From positions 480,267 through 544,266 of the forward strand of contig JAWQFM010000005.1 of assembly GCA_033442325.1 (NCBI GenBank): a stretch of 64,000 nt of DNA, in the 5' to 3' direction. The notes below the pieces were generated by a model. That model did no database searches and was not told the DNA's origin. It worked only from the letters and a program-made list of their open reading frames with translations. The translations under genes and the position numbers were made by a program. Origin of the DNA: Salpingoeca rosetta (taxonomy: Eukaryota > Protista > Choanoflagellata). Positions 31,260 through 44,702 of the stretch are shown here, piece by piece. Within the stretch, counting starts at the first letter, position 1, and each line of letters opens with the position of its first letter.

Positions 31260-31960
31260 CTATGGGGCATCAAACTGGATGGGTTCGCATTCGAGGGTGG
31301 CGAGGTTGAGCAGCACCGCCGTGTGCGTGTCGGAGAACGACGGCACACACACGAGGCGCACCTGCTGCCCTTCTGGACCTGCAGTACAGAGGGTGTGCGT
31401 CGAATATGTGCAGGTGGACAGGTGTAGGTGGTTGTGTGTGAGAAAGGAGGGATGGGGTCACCGACAGCCACGCATGCGCAAGACAGACACAGACGTAGGC
31501 ACGAACACAAACGCACACAGACACACAGACACACAGACACAGACACACAGACACACACAAACGCAGACAGACACACAGACACAAACGCAGACAGACACAC
31601 AGGCACACAGACACACAGACACACAGACACACACAAACGCAGACAGACACACAGACACAAACGCAGACAGACACACAGGCACACAGACACACAGACACAC
31701 AGACACACAGACAGACAAGCACCTGTGACGAGTTTTGTGGCAAAGGAGGGCTGGTTGCCGGCAAAGTAGACGTGGGGACAGGAGGTGATGACAAAGGGGT
31801 CAGAGAAGTCGGTCATGTGATATGGGAAGCATCCTGGTCATGGGGACAGGCAAGCACACACGGGGTAGCAAGGGGAAAGTGGTGGCGTGAGTACAAGCAC
31901 ATGTGCATGAGGCACAATGTGGACCACACATGTGAACGCGCACGTTCATGTACATCACAC

Positions 31961-32019
<59 letters not shown>

Positions 32020-33176
32020 TAATTCACAGAGAAGCAACAGTAGCACATGAAGCGGCGCACCGAGCGTGTCAGGTGCTGTTGGGAACAGCTGTGCCCACTC
32101 CAGTGTTTGCTCAAGAATGCGTAACCTGTCAAGAGCCAATCGTGCCACGACACAACGCGTAAGACGTCGCTGCTAATGGCTAAACACACACATATACGCA
32201 GACACACAGACACATACGCACACGCACGCACGCACGCACAAACACAGATCAGCGGCTGTGTCGCGGCGTCACCTGTCCTCCTCTGTTGAGAAGCGGTAGA
32301 TGTCATCAACACCCTGGCCGGATGTGCCAAGAAACCTGAGAACGCAAGCAGAAGCACGTGTGAAGTGACGAAGTGACGTGGAAATAGCAATGGATGGATA
32401 CAAAGGCATGGAGAATGGTTTTTTGCTTTGTTTTGTTCGGGTGGTCACACGCGGTCGCATGCACAGGCACACTCTTGCACGCACGCGAGCACTTGTGCAC
32501 AGTCATGCACAGGTGCATGTACACGTATAACATTGATGAACGGACTTACGTTCTGCCGGCGACTGTGGTCTCGTATGGGTTTGTTTCGCCCTTGACGCTG
32601 CTCACGTTTCGTGCAAGCGGAAACATGCAGGGGTGCATCGGCTGGCAGTGCAGAAGTGCAAAGTGGTGGTGGAAGAGGTCATGGGAATGAGTAACATAAC
32701 TGGACACATGGGCTGGCGCAAACGAACGCAGCTGCTCAAGATGTTTGAACGAATAGCCACGCACACAAATTGTTCTGCAACCATTCAATCACACACACAC
32801 ACACAGACAGACACAGACAGACACACAGACAGACAGACAGACACACACACACAGACAGACACACAGACACACACGCAACCACGAACAAAGCAGCACCTGC
32901 TGTGGGAGGATTGCGTCTGAGGGGTCGTGTGGGCCGGGCATGAGATCAACGCGGACGTTGATGCCCATCTGAGCGAGGAAGAGATCAACCTCCTGAAAAC
33001 ACACACATTTCATGTTGGACAGACACAAGGAATTGTTAGTGCACATCCACACACACACCAAACAGCACGCGAACGAGAGTGCATTTCATGCCGGGTGACA
33101 GCGCAGACTGCATCACGTACACACGCACACACACACACACTCTCTTTCACACACACACACACTCTCTCTCTCTCTC

Positions 33177-33222
<46 letters not shown>

Positions 33223-33421
33223 GCATGTGTCCGACGCTCTCCGGAATCATGGTTCGCTTCTTGTACAGCGGCAAGTCCTGATGCTCATCGTCAAGCCGCC
33301 ACACCTGCACACATGTTGGCGGGCAGTGCGATGATGGCAATTGGTGGTGCGTTGATGGTGAGTGCAGGAACGCACACGGTTCAAAATGATAAACACTGTC
33401 AAACACACACATTGTCAAGCA

Positions 33422-33455
<34 letters not shown>

Positions 33456-34898
33456 GACACACACACAAATCAGCAACAACGCACGAGGTTGCCTGCGACA
33501 ATGACGTGCACGATGCTGGCGGCGAGCTCCTGGTCTGCAGTGCTGCCGATGTTGCCCTGGATGAAGTCGCTGAGCAGCTGCATGCTGAGGCGGGCCTTGT
33601 CGTTTTTGCTGATGTTCAGGCCAGAGACAAGGCACACGTAGCTTGGCGGGATTTTGGGCAGGCGCTGTCACGCACGCCAGAATGGTTTCATTTGGCAACT
33701 CACGTCAGCGCAGGCACACACAACTCAAGACACAGAGCCACACAGACACATAGACACACAGACACACACGCACGCACAGACACACACACACACAGACAAT
33801 GCGAAACCTCCCATCGCTTCTCATCTCTCCACGCCTCTCAAAACATCCACATGCAAGCATGTTGCGCGTACCTTCTGTGGGGGGAACCTGGGGTAGCAAA
33901 CGTCTGCAATTTGGAACTCGCCAGAGGGCAGAGCCTTGCCAAGAACAGCCACCACAACACCTGCAGGAACAAGCACGCCAGTGTTGTGTATGGTGAGGAA
34001 TAAACGCAGGCAGAAGACGACAGCACAGAGATAGGGTACAGAGGGATCGAGAGGGAGGCAGAGACAGACATACACACACACACACACACGCGCACACACA
34101 CACACACAGACGCGAGCAGCATGGCTCTGTACCTGAGACATGGGTGCCAACGTCCAGGGCATCGCCAATCAACACGATGCGCCCACTCATATCCTCAAGC
34201 ACGAGCGCGTCCTCATCGGAGTTGTACTTTGACCGCTCTGGTGGTGGCGCTTCATAGTTCTACCAATGACCCGCCGAGGGAGAAGCAGTGAGCGCGGCGC
34301 CCAAGCGCCAGCGAAAGCAAAGCAGTAGTGGCAGTAGCGGCAGTAGCGGCAGCGAAGCGCTCACGTGCGCTTGGCTCACAAAAGCAGCAGCAGGAGCAAC
34401 ATGGCTCCCCACAGCCACGTCAGCTCTACAGGCAAGAAGCAGCTAACCTCACGAGCATGGTACTCGTCCAGGATGTTGGGTTTGAGCGGCATGTCCTTGT
34501 ACAACACTCCAAATACAACACATTCCTTCTCCTTCTCGATGTCGAGCAGCTTTGGCACAACGTCTGTGAAGCAAGCAATTGCACACACGCACAAAAGTTA
34601 AGGCAAGGGAAGCGATGCATGGACTACACGCAAGGTGGCATCAAACACGTCAAGCAAGCGCGGCACTCAGTTGCGCACGTTTGCTTGGCCATTTGTTTGT
34701 GGCGGCAGTCTCGATGAGCTTCTTGAACGAGTTGTAGCGTGTGAAGTACACATGCGCATACTGCCTGTCGAAGTCATGGCTGGATGGCACAATGAACTGC
34801 TTGTTGCGCTCCACCTTGATGCCTGCAGCGCTGCGTGTCACCCTTGGCGGCTGCTCTGGCGCATCATCCCGCACATACCGCGCCTCCGGAGCACTCAT
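31260..34898 (-). CDS. POLD2: DNA polymerase delta subunit 2 (p50), multi-exon
   Basis: [12 protein letters not shown]; [16 protein letters not shown]; LEDMSGRI; VHVIVAGN; [18 protein letters not shown]|PMHPCMFP; TNPY; [12 protein letters not shown]; PTAPDTL; [18 protein letters not shown]; [25 protein letters not shown] An alternative ATG lies at 34907. Confidence 0.96.
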
Positions 34899-34907
34899 CA
34901 CATCCAT

Positions 34908-35074
34908 GATGACGATGGTGCAGTGGTCGTGTGTGTTGATGGTGCAGTCGGTGGTCGTGGGTGGTGCAGTGGTCGTGTTTGTGGCGGCAAAGACGAAACG
35001 GCGCGCAAACGCGACTCTACGGAAATCTTGTCGAAGATTTACACAAACAACGGAAACTGCCTCAACGATGCGAC
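34908..35074. promoter_or_regulatory. Compact bidirectional promoter between POLD2 and SMG8, with an E2F-like GCGGCAAA at 34984-34991
   Basis: Divergent ATGs about 170 bp apart; TTTGCCGC on the POLD2 strand; nearby GGCGCGCAAA and ACGCGA. Confidence 0.5.
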
Positions 35075-38000
35075 ATGGGCTGCTTCCAGCTGCCACTGAC
35101 AGCGGAAGGCTTGAGGTGAGTGTGCCACACGGACAACCAAAAACCAGCACACACTCGCTCGCTCGCGTGTGCTTGTGTGCGTGTGTGTGTTTGCGTGCGT
35201 GTGTCGGGGTATGGAAGGTTCGAATGCCGATGTGCGATGGAGCACCTTGCCACACGCGATTGCCTTGTTCCAACCTACTCACGCCACCGTGTGTTTGTTT
35301 TGTGTGGGCCTGCAGAGCTGTCGTTGGCGATGAAGATGATGCGGTGCAAGTGGTGTCCTTCGTCGGACACTCGCGCGATGGGCACTCGTGTACAGCAGCT
35401 CTCATCAACACCATCATTAACAACGACATCATGCTGGTGGGTGCGTGCGTATGTGTGTGCATGTGTGTGCGTGCGTGTATGTGTGCATGTGTGCGTGTGT
35501 GCGTGTGTGCATGTGTGCGTGTGTGCGTGTGTGCATGTGTGCGTGTGTGCATGTGTGTGTGTGTGTGTGTAACATTCATGCACACATTTTTGCCTGTCCT
35601 CCTCTTAACCCTCCCCTCCCCTCCCCCCACTGCCCACTCCCCATCTCACCTCTCACCCGTATGCTCTCTTCCCCTATGTCCTCCAATGCCGCCCACGATG
35701 TCTCGTTCTTGCTTGAAATGGGCCCTCTCCCAAACCCAACAGCCAAGCACAACTTCGCCTGTTGTACAGAGTGGAACATCATCAGGAGCCTTGGATGCTT
35801 GCAGCACCCCCACCACCAACGTCGGTTCCGTGCATCTGGGCGCTCCTCATGCACTTTCTGCGTGGACTTGCTCGTGAGACACCTTTAGCGCCCAACAAAC
35901 GCGTTTTTGCTTGCATAACCCACGCGCTCACTGTGAATGCACTGGTTCGTCGCCATGTGCGACATGCCTGCGCGATTTCAGGTGGAAGCGTTCTATGACA
36001 AGACGAACCGAACCATCTTCCTTTCCTTGAGCGCCGCGCAGGACCCGGCCGCACTTCTCGCGCTCGCAGACACACTACTGTCAGCCCCGCAGGAGGTCTG
36101 TGTCAGTGACCATGCATTCATCCGTGCGTTTGGTGCATGAAGGAGTGAGCATTCGTGTGTGTGTATGTGTGCGTGTGTGCATTTGTGTGTGTGTGTGTGT
36201 TTGCGTGCTTACGCAGTTAACTTCGCTGCATAGTCTCAAGTCCTGCATTTTGGCTTGCCATGCACGACCACGTGGCACGCTCTGACTGTCCCAGTTGTTC
36301 CCACCGTCATCAATTATTCACACATACGTTTACACATCCACACACACACACACACACATACACACACGCACATGTTCAGGAGCATGCGAGGCTGTTGCAG
36401 GACAAGGACAGCCACTACCTTCGCGCCATGTTGTTCTTGTTTCTCGTTTCCACCACTGTTGTCATGGTGAACGCATCGCATGGCCTGGACCCATCAAGCC
36501 TGCAGCTGCTGCGTGCCTTGGAGGCACTCAAGAAAGCCCTGATGGTGTGTGTCCTTCCTTCTCCATATACACATTCAACCCACAAACCCACAATCTGTGT
36601 TGCGTGTATCGTGGCTACTTATCAATCTTGTGTCTGCCGCGAACTTGCACGCCAATCTCATGATGACGCACATCTCATGATGGCGGCTGCCTACCGTGGT
36701 TGTTGATGTCAATGTGGTTCCATTGCTTCCCCTTGTTGAACAACAGGACCAACACGATGGCGATGCGTTTCTCCACAGCGGCCGACTGCCATCACTGCTG
36801 GTCCTCGCTCAGCCGTCCCTCACTGTGCGCCACACCCCGGCCAACCTCAACGGGTTTCACAAGGTGCGGGCGGTATGGAGAGAGCAACACACGCCCTGAA
36901 GAGTCATGTCACCGTCTCGCCTCTGTGTCATGCATTTCATTTTTCTGCGCATGTAGATGCACACACACACACGCGCGCGCACACACTGCTCATTCACTTG
37001 CTGTCTCTCCCTCTCATTCCCGCGCAGATGCATGAGAAGCAGGCGCTGGAGTTGCTGCGCTTGTCGTCGCTGCGGAGTGTGGGCGACCCTGCTGCAACGC
37101 ATCCCGCCTTTGAGCGCCTCTTCCGGCGACCAGGACCGAACTTCCTCTTCATCCAGCCACGCGACGCCCCGCGCCTCGCAGCAAACGCATCGCGTGTCCT
37201 TGACCCCGTCGTGTCGCTGCTGGACCGGTTCAGTCTCCCGCTGCACACCATCACAGGCAGTGCATTCACGCTCCAGGGTGAGTTTTGTGAATGTGCAGAG
37301 GTGAACACAGCAAAGCACGTCGCAGCTCTGCTGCTGCTAACATGACATACACACACACACACACCCTCACACACACACACACACACACTTACGCATTCAC
37401 ACACACACATGCCCCCACGCCACTCGACATGTTTCAGGTGCCGGGCCCCACATGCGCGATGACGACGGCGCCGCAGATGATGATGATGATGATGACGATG
37501 ATGACGATGCGTTGGAGGAGAGCGTGCCGCAGCTCGGGGCCAATCTCCTCGGGCGACTGCTGCAGGGCGTGCAGACAATAGCAGACACGGACCTCGCCGC
37601 CGCGTTCACTGCACAGGCCGTGGACGCGGGCGGGTTGGACGCGCGCGGTGGCAGCACAGGCCTGTATGCATCTGCGACGTCGTTTTTGAGCGAAGCAAAC
37701 CGGCTCTGCGGGTTGCTGTTGGCACGTGGTGTGCATCACGACGCCTGTGGTGCAGCCAACGCGACTTCAGACGGCGGTGTCAAGGGTGATGGCCATCATC
37801 ACGCTCAGCCCTCATCCACCTTGACCACCGGTCCCCAGCTAGCGGCAGACAGCACGCCCGTAGCGTCTCGCGCCAATGCGATATCAAATGTCTTGTCGAC
37901 GCACAGCGTTGAGGCGTGCGAGCGCGCGTTGCCACAGGCGCTCAACCAATATCACATCAACCTCCCGCCCGTGTACTCGCGGCACGTACACCGGGAGCAC

Positions 38001-39763
38001 CTGGCCAAGGCCATCGCGGTGTTTGCCGTGCTGGCACAAGGGCCCCATGTGCACCGCTTCCTCTCGCTTCTTTCCCAGCAGTGTGATGAGGTGTGTCGCT
38101 TTTGTTTTCCTGTATATGTGCGCTCATGCGTTCAGCCCACCAGCGTGTATGCATGTGCTTGTCGGTGGGTGTGTACGCATATGCTTGTATGTGTGCATGT
38201 ATGCTTTTCAGCCGTGCTCGATCTCTTGTGTTGCATGTATCATCGCCTCTTCTAAACCCCTCTCCCTCCACGGCACTGAACCCCACCCCCGGCACACATT
38301 GCATCATGCCCTGGTCATATGTGACTGCAGGTGTGGACGGCAGGCCGTCGCCAGTGCGAGCGCCTCAGCATGACCCACCACCCGTGCGTGCATGCGGTGC
38401 ACAGGACCCCGGCCGATGCACGCCAGCTTGTTGACCTCGGGTCTGTTGCTGTGCGCGAGCATGACAGCGGCGTTCGCTTGCGCTGCGCGTGTGTCTGCGG
38501 CCGATCGCAATCCGACATTCCAGACGCATTTCATATCAGCGAGGTGCACGCTACAATCGTGTTTTATGTCTGCGCGTGTGCGCGTGTGCTTGTTGTGTGT
38601 GCTTTGCGCCTTGTGTGGTTTGAGTGCCGCGTATTTGTCTTTCTCTTGTGTTGTCATTCTACACGCGTGACCACAACCCTCATTCATCCACGCCCCCCTC
38701 TCTCACCACCCATCCTTTCTGTTGTTTTGCACCAGATCAACCGGTTTGCTGTTGAGGCTGCCTGCTGCCGCGCGTGCATATCCGCCGTCCTTCCCCTGGA
38801 AACACGCGACGCCAAGCAGCACAAACCAGCGCCCTCGCTCTCTTCCTCCTCCTCGTCATCGCTGAGCAGGCCGCCCCGCCAAGTGCACGCAGCTGATGCC
38901 GCTGCTGTTGATATTGGAGACGCAAGTACAATGCCGTTTGGAACGCCCGATCAGGGCATCGCTGCCATGGACGACGTGCGTATGTTTTGCCGTGCAATGC
39001 CTGTTTTGCTGGTATTCGTGCTTGCACATGCATGCACTTGCTGGTTTATGTGTGTGTGTGTGTGTGTGTACGTGCTTGTACATGCATGCACTTGCTGGTT
39101 TATGTGTGTGTGTGTGTACGTGCGCGCACTCTTGTGCGTGTGTGCTTGTACTTGTGTTGTGGGATCATGTGCTTGCGTGGTTTGTACTGATTCGAGTGTT
39201 GCCCCCTTGCCAACGGAATGCATGCAGGCCCCAAAGCCGCCCGCGTGCTTCTGCGTGTACCGCATTGGGGACGGCGCGAGCTACGTGCCGCGATCAGGTA
39301 TGCACATGCACGAGGTGGCTGTGGTTGTGGTTGTGGTTGTGGTTGTGGCTGTCTTGTTCTTGTTCTTGTTCCAAATGGTTTTGTGGACATCATGTGTTGT
39401 GGTGGTGCCGTTGTCGCTCTGCTTTAGTACTTACAGTGCGCACGTGTGTGTGTGTGCATATTACGCTGGACGCAGGGCTGGCGGAACAGCAAGGGTTCCT
39501 GCCAGGCTGCCAACACCTCCTCCCTTATGCAATCTACAGCAGGTAGGTGTTGCGGAAGCGTACGCTCACTCATTTTTGCCCGGCTGTCTGCTCTCAGTGA
39601 TACGTTGATGCCGTGCTGACACGTTGGAATGCCACGTGCGCCTGTGTTGTGCAGGAAGGGTCGCCAACAACAACAGCAACAGCAGCAGCAGCCGTCATCC
39701 CTCACGCGCCGACAGCGACACCGAGGTACGCGTCAGAGGGCGGGTTATGCGTTGACGTGTTCA

Positions 39764-39839
<76 letters not shown>

Positions 39840-40179
39840 CTGCGACCTATGAGCCGGTTCCTATCGGCTTTGCTGACACTTGTTGATCATTTTCTTCCCA
39901 CAACGCCGACATACTACGCACCCTGTGTTCAGACCGCACGTGCGTGGCCAAGTTGTACATCGGATATGAGTACGAATCACCCAGTGGCAAGCGGTTCATT
40001 GCCCATGGACCAGACGCATGCGTCCGCGTGTCATCAACGGGAAATGCAAAGGTAAGGCAACCCGCAATGTTTGGGACTCGTGGCACACACACACACACAG
40101 AGGCACAGACACACACAGACACAGACACACACACAGACACAGACACACACACAGACACAGACACACACACACACACACA

Positions 40180-40216
<37 letters not shown>

Positions 40217-40429
40217 NNNNNNNNNNNNNNNNNNNNNNNNNNNNNNNNNNNNNNNNNNNNNNNNNNNNNNNNNNNNNNNNNNNNNNNNNNNNNNNNNNNN
40301 NNNNNNNNNNNNNNNNCTTGGGAATTGTATAAAGGGATTTTGTTCCCCCGATTGGAGAGACAAGTTTTGTTATGAGAAATAGGTGCGGCCTTGGGGAGTA
40401 ACTAAATGGGACACACACACACACACACA

Positions 40430-40469
<40 letters not shown>

Positions 40470-40759
40470 CACGCCCTGCAGGGTTCGGCGCGCAAGTCAC
40501 TTGATTCAGCGATGCCCATCTTGATGCCTGTGCCCAAATCCCCTCACGAACTGGTCAGTGCCACGCAAAACGCAGCCGTTGCGTCCGATTGTGTGCTATG
40601 CTGCACATAGCGGCTGCGCTGCGTCAACACTGTGCTGGTCGCCGCATCTCGATCGACATCCATCTTTCTTCTTTCTCACAAACATTCACACACACACACA
40701 CGCACGCACGCACGCGCGCGCACGTTTTCTCTACTCACACACACACGCACACACTCACG

Positions 40760-40854
<95 letters not shown>

Positions 40855-41356
40855 ATGCACATGCACATACACACGCAGGCGCAGCTTGTGCGTGTGCACA
40901 TTGCGATCCCGGATATCCCGGCCAGCGTGCGCGTTCATCCCGTGGTGCAAGTGAAGCGGAACATGGCGATTGCCATCACCACCGACAGTGTTCTGCTCCA
41001 CCCGGACGGGCAGTACGTGCTTCAATTTCCCCGCGTGTTCACGTGGCATGAGCGACCGGTTCTCCTGCCATCCACGACTGAGGTACGCACACCCCTTCGG
41101 GCCCAATGTCCGTCGTCTCTACTTTTCCTTCACTGACGCACATGTTCCTGACAATGCCTTGTGCCCTCATTTCGAAGTTCATGGAATTGCTGTCCGACAC
41201 TTCTGATGCCAACCTTCTTGTTGCCTCACCACCAACCAACCAACCAACCAACCAACCAACCCTCACCACACTGTACTGTTCGCGGTGCAGGCGCGGAAGC
41301 ATTTTGTTCTGCTTTCAAACAGCATCACTGTGGACTATCACGAGCCTGGCTCGTAG
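35075..41356 (+). CDS. SMG8: Nonsense-mediated decay factor SMG8, multi-exon
   Basis: VQVVSFVG; YLRAMLFLFLVSTTVV; CERALPQALNQYHINLPPVYSRHVHREHL; CDEVWTAGRRQCERLSMTHHPCVH; HDSGVRLRCACVCGRSQSDIPDAF; QQGFLPGCQHLLPY; LYIGYEYESPSGKRF; AQLVRVHI; YVLQFPRVF. Spans the gap at 40217-40316. Confidence 0.92.
40217..40316. other. Assembly gap (100 N) inside an SMG8 intron
   Basis: Run of N after a CA tract. Confidence 1.
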
Positions 41357-41933
41357 CGGCAACCTCCCAAAGGTCACTTGTGATCCTCTTCCCCACTCGT
41401 TGTCGTTTTATGTGCACATTCACACATGTGCAAGCGACACTCGTTTGGTACTTGTGTGCACAAATGCACACGCTCGCGAGCGCAGCACCAGGAGACATGT
41501 AACACGTGGACACCCAGCAGCAACTCGTCATGCAGTCGCTTGGCCACATCAACACGAACACCAGCACATGTCCTCCTCAGCGCAAACATCCACCCGTATT
41601 TTTCACCAGCACCCACTCGCTGCCGTGGAAGGAAGAACGCGCGCGCGTGGCACCGTTGTCCGCATCTGTTGTCACCGAGGCGCAGCGCATGCCACGCTGT
41701 GCCAACTCTCTCGCCCTGTGCAGGCTTTGCTTTGGTTTCGTGACGTGTGTATCTGTGTCTCGTAGCATGGGCCTGAACACCACCACGCCTTGGTGTACAC
41801 TGCTTCTCGTCAGTCTCAACTTCGTTTTGTCATGTCATGTCATGTGTCACGCCACTCATGTTCCCACGAATTACACACGTGCGAAAAGCACCCCAACATT
41901 CCGGCAAGAGTGCACGATCGAACATGGCACAAC

Positions 41934-42276
<343 letters not shown>

Positions 42277-42287
42277 ACACACACACG

Positions 42288-42348
<61 letters not shown>

Positions 42349-42362
42349 ACACACACAAGGGT

Positions 42363-43069
42363 TCAGGTTGGGTTCTTCCAGATGACGTTGGTGTAGAGCA
42401 TTTGCTGCGGCATTGCCAACTGTGTTGGCACATCACGTCTCAAGTCACTCGTGAACAGCATTTGCTGCGGTATTGCGTGGCGCTGCCTGCCTGCCACTGG
42501 CAGAGGTGGCTGCTCAGGCTGCGCCTCCGCCACCACAGCAGTTCCAGTACTGCGCTCGCGCTTCTGCTTCATGTGCTTGAGCGACGTCTGCAACCTCGCA
42601 ACATCCGGGTGGCCCTTGCCCAAGTTCTCCTCCTTGATGCTCAGCGCCTCGTTGTAGTGCCGCGTTGCATCGCTGTCCTCCGCAAGCTCTGCCAGCACAT
42701 CTGCCAGGCGCTCGTGGCTGTTGGCTGCGTCGACGTGGCGGCCACCGAGCAGCTTCACGCGCAGCGCAAGCGCTTCCCTGTGCGTGGCCGCCGCCTCTTC
42801 AAGCCGCCGCGCACCGTGAAGGGAGGTGCCGATGTTGTTGAGCGACGTTGCAACCTGCACGCTCTCCGGCCCGTGCACGCGCTTCAAGGCCGCCATGGCC
42901 TCCTTGTGCATGTCGACTGCTGCGTCGTGATCGCCCTTGCTGTCGAGTACTTTCCCCGCGTTGTTCAGCAGCGCTGCCCGCAGCAACAGCACTTGCTCGG
43001 CGTCGGCATTCTTGCCATCGCAGCTATCATCATTTCCACTGTTGTTGCTGTCATCACTCTCGTCGTAAT

Positions 43070-43104
<35 letters not shown>

Positions 43105-44621
43105 CTGTGGTTGTTGCTGTGGTTGTTGTTGCTGCCGTCATCGCCACTGTTCTCGTCATTGCTGCTGCTGCTGCTGGACTCGAGGGTGCGCATACGGTCC
43201 CACGCCTGGTCGAGCACAGCCTGCGCCTCACGCGCCTTGTGCTGTGCCAGCAGCAGGCCAGCGTGGTTGTTGAGTGCGCTGATGACCTTGGTGTCTGACG
43301 GCGAGAGCTTGGCATCGTAGATGTCCAGTGCGCGCCGCACATTGGCAATTGCGGCGTCGATGCGGTCAAACTGGCCCTGCACGACAGCAACCTGCAAGCA
43401 CACGTGCGCATACGCGAGCGACTGCTGATCAGGGTGACTTGGGAGCGCAGCCTCTGCCGCGTCAAGATACCACTGCCTGAGCTTCTCCTTCACGGCGTAG
43501 TTGAAGGCGGAAAAGCCCATGCCGCGGCGGATCGTGCCGGCAATCATGGTTGCGTCGCTCTGCTTGGTCGCCTCGGCCTTCTCTGCGTCGATGCGAGCGA
43601 GCGCTGTTGGCAGCGCAGAGAAGTCTGTCAGAATTCCCTCGTGCATGAGCGCCTGTTGGGCGCGTGGCACGCGCACCTCAAACGCCGCCGTCTGCATACC
43701 GCAGTTGATTTCCCACAGGCACCACGACCGCTGCAGAGGCACGGGGTCGTACCACGGGGAGAAGATCACGGCGACGCGACCAATGTCATCAATGGCGGAG
43801 GAGAACGTGTTGCTCCAGAAGTCGTGCGGCAGCGCCGTGGTCGACACCTGGTTGTTGCACACGAGGTCGAACCAGAAGTAGGTCGCTGGGTCCTCTGCTG
43901 CCATATCCTGCATGACGCTGGCCACTTCCTCAAACGGGAAGCGCCAAGCGTGCGAGATGAACACGGTGGCACGCCCAACCAGCGATCGAGCACCTTGCCC
44001 TTGCTGTTGCTGCGTGTTGTTGGTGTCGTGCAGGCGTCGGAGCTTCGCTCTGATACGGGCCGAGGCGTCCGCGTAAGAAGCTGCGGTGCGCTGCTTGTCC
44101 GTGTCGCTTCGAATGGCAGGAGTGGTGTGTGATGGTGGCTCGTCTGACTGCGATGATGTAGGTGTGTGGGTGTGGGCGTCCTCGTCAGCGACATCCCTGT
44201 CGCCGTCGTTATCCGCGGTGACCTCCTCTACCGCAGTGTCACCGCGACACAGTGACGGCAGCAAAGATCGAGGGCGCAGGCGCCCTGAACGCGGCTGTCC
44301 CGGACTGCTTCGTGTGCCACGTGACGCATCCGCTTGCGTCACTGCGCGCGTGATGAGCTGCGCGAAAGAGCAATCGCTTGCGAATGTGGCGGGAACAACC
44401 ACATGCTGGCACACGTCTGCCGTTGTCCACGCCTTCTTCGATGCCTTCTTCGATGCCTCATCCCCGGTTTTCTCCTGCTGCTGATCTTTGACCTTGAGGG
44501 CCTGCACTTCTTCCAAGAGCAAGTTGATCACCCTGATGTCAACGCCAGTCGTCAAGTAGCCGTTTCCATCGTGCTCAAGAGACGCGTACGACGTGCGATC
44601 CCGACTGGCACCCACGCCCAT
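42363..44621 (-). CDS. Single-exon 752-aa protein with a TIR/HET-like 'FISHAW..WFD..RxWCxWE' domain and kinesin-light-chain-type TPR repeats
   Basis: Uninterrupted ORF. Motifs ATVFISHAW, YFWFDLVCNNQ and PWYDPVPLQRSWCLWE. TPRs: VATSLNNIGTSL..EEAAATHREALALRVKLLGGRH and YNEALSIKEENLGKGHPDVA. N-terminus MGVGAS. Confidence 0.9.
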
Positions 44622-44702
44622 GCTGTTGCGTGCTTGGTTGTCCTACCCACTCGTTGTAGATAATTCACTTCCACATGGTGAATTTTCAGCACAGGACGGA
44701 CG

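Noticed and set aside
40317-40410. AT-richer, compositionally odd sequence next to the gap
   Set aside because: It abuts an N gap and is most likely low-quality contig-end sequence.
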